Of a DNA stretch of 64,000 bases, positions 61,836 through 64,000 are shown piece by piece. The notes beneath the pieces were generated by a model. It did not search any database, had not been told where the DNA came from, and was given only the letters and a program-made list of their open reading frames with translations. Source of the DNA: Octopus bimaculoides (lineage: Eukaryota); NCBI RefSeq assembly GCF_001194135.2, contig NC_068997.1, positions 56,918,409 through 56,982,408 on the forward strand. The letters are read 5' to 3'. The translations under genes and the position numbers were made by a program. Numbering within the stretch: position 1 is the stretch's first letter; each line of letters begins with the position of its first letter.

Positions 61836-64000
61836 AGTTGACTTTTCATTTCATTTAAACAGGCGGAGAACCCCCCCCCACACACACACACACATGCTTA
61901 CGCTTATTCACATGTATCTACGTTTTATGTAGATGTATGGATATGTGTGTGCGTGTACATTTACATGTATACATATGCATTTTTATGAATGTATGTATAA
62001 CTACATATGTATACACAACATATCTATATATACTTTCATACTTATATACGCACATGCCTTTCTATATATGTGTGTCTCTGACTGTTTAGGAGAAGATTTA
62101 TGTCTCCCTATTTGTGCCTTTTCACTATTGGAGCCCTTCTCACACTGACAACGGCATTTGATAGTATTTTGCACATATACATTTCAAGAATGATTAAAGA
62201 AATAACATTAGTAATTAAGAAATAAAGAAATGTCACCTTGGAACTGTTTATCTGCAATATTGACTAATTAGCTTTCAACTCATTGTGATAGGCGTCAAAT
62301 CAACTGTACAACTGTCGTATCTGGAGAGACTCCATACCTAACTTTCCATATCGTCCTATACAAATACATCTAAAATTTCTCTTAACATTATTAGTTTCTC
62401 GTTAAGTGATTTTTTTTTTCTGTGAAGATATGCAATTTTAAATGCATTTGCGTCCTCTGTCTCTATCTCTATCTCTCTCTGTTACCCTGGAAGGCATTTT
62501 AATGATGTCATATCACTATATAAATTGATTTTGTAAAACGTGAAAGATTTCTTCTGCGAGAGATAGTAAATTGATGTCACCTTCTGTGTGACAGCTGAAA
62601 GGAATTAGTAATTTCATGCAATTCCCACCAGTCTGCATCCATCTTTCTACTCCAATAAAGATAATCAGGTAGTTTATTTATTTATTTATTTATTTATTGT
62701 AAACGAATAGATTTTTTGCCGTGGTTGTTACTTCTCAGCTCTCTTTATCATTCTTCCTCAGCTATCATCTCTCTCCATGTAATGGATGATTTCCGAACAT
62801 GCATACTATTAAAATCATTCTAGAGAGAGATTGTCTTTATTTCTATATTTCCATTCCGTGCTTTGACCGATCTCATCTCGTCCTTGGACACATCCAGTAC
62901 AATACCATGGCTCTTTTTCCTATGAAAAGCGGCGGTCAGTCCCTATTCTCTCCACTCTATCTAGTGAGAAGATTCGTAGAAGACAATCCCCAGTGACCCT
63001 TACTCTAAGAAGGGGGCCTGGACATGATCTTGCATGTCACACCTCACAAATCTTTATGTTAAATTATGATTGATAAATTTCCAACATACAGAACAGATTA
63101 TTCCACACATAACCTCACGTACAGCGTATGGTTAACTAACTTCTTTTGTATTCCCGTGATTCTGAATTGGGTCGTCTTTCATGATAACTTGGTGGGGGAG
63201 GGGATTCTTTTACTGCGAATTCGAGTTCACAATATTAACCGCAAAAAAATTTTTCCTATTGGCGGGAATATCAGTTGAACGAATCTTCACTAGACCAAAT
63301 CCCATTCTCGTCAGTTTGGTGTAAGCTTGAACAAGAAACCTCAACTGTTGGTATTTCGTTAGCCATGGTTGATCAATGTTTGGTTTGCCTCTGAATTTCT
63401 GAAGAAGGTTAACGTTCAGTAATCAGGTTTCTACGGGATGAAAATGTTTGAGGGGTTGACAGCGTTGGAAAGCTTTCAGCATTAAATGAGAACAATATTT
63501 TGACGCATTGTAGTTTCTGTAAATGGGCTGCGAAAAATATTAAATACTCACATTTGTTAAGAATTATATGCAAGGATTGATGTGATCAAATCTACTGCCT
63601 TATTTTTGTTTTTTCGTTTGGTCATTATGGTACCTTTGTAATTATTTGTGACTATAAAAATGATTTTTAGCAGGCAAACATAATCTTTGATTTTTCTTTA
63701 GTCCATTTCTGTTACTTCTACTTGTCTAGAGACCAACGCATAAACAATATTATGAATATCCTTCTTTTTACGATTTCTAGCAAAGCCTTCAGTTCGGAAT
63801 GTACAGCGGCATAATGGCAAACATTGTTTGGTTATATTATAATTTGGAAAATAGGGTAGCACAGAATTTGCTTTCGCTAAGAATGCTTCCAGTAGTGTAT
63901 ACTTTGTGTATCTACATATTGATTAATGAAGGAAATTTCATTGTGCTTTAGTAATCTTACCTAAGTAGAAACACATACAGCTGCACAAGCATTAAATTCA

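Noticed and set aside
1-64000. CRISPR arrays, rRNA, bona fide tRNA genes, prokaryotic operons
   Set aside because: No regularly spaced repeat-spacer arrays. tRNA-like boxes occur only within SINE heads. The sequence is clearly eukaryotic repeat-rich DNA.

Overview
AT-rich, microsatellite-dense animal genomic DNA from a gapped scaffold: ten N-runs, mostly flanked by (TA)n or (CA)n. The SINE families and repeat landscape look like an octopus (coleoid cephalopod) genome; this rests on my recognition of the repeats, not on a database search. I found no credible host protein-coding exon, rRNA or tRNA gene, so the window is probably a large intron or intergenic DNA. Almost all ORFs in the supplied track are microsatellite or N-gap read-throughs, or pieces of decayed transposons. 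Supported content: about a dozen copies of a tRNA-derived SINE plus other SINE-like families; decayed non-LTR retrotransposons (RTE at 9.4-10.8 kb, three R4/Dong-like RLE fragments, a CR1/L2-like 3' end, an RTE-X remnant); two copies of one mariner family; a DD37D (maT-type) transposon remnant; a mariner-type MITE; and Penelope-like terminal fragments. The most notable structures are (i) a type I hammerhead-ribozyme-like motif with a palindromic GGCC loop (minus strand, 43.7 kb), (ii) a ~2 kb inverted duplication (18.8-20.8 kb) that could form long dsRNA, (iii) trinucleotide microsatellites used by SINEs and R4-like LINEs in opposite strand polarity, (iv) a 155-bp locally templated insertion inside the RTE, and (v) a LINE abutting a DD37D element between duplicated flanks. 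None of these is shown to be a new biological system; they are candidates to check.
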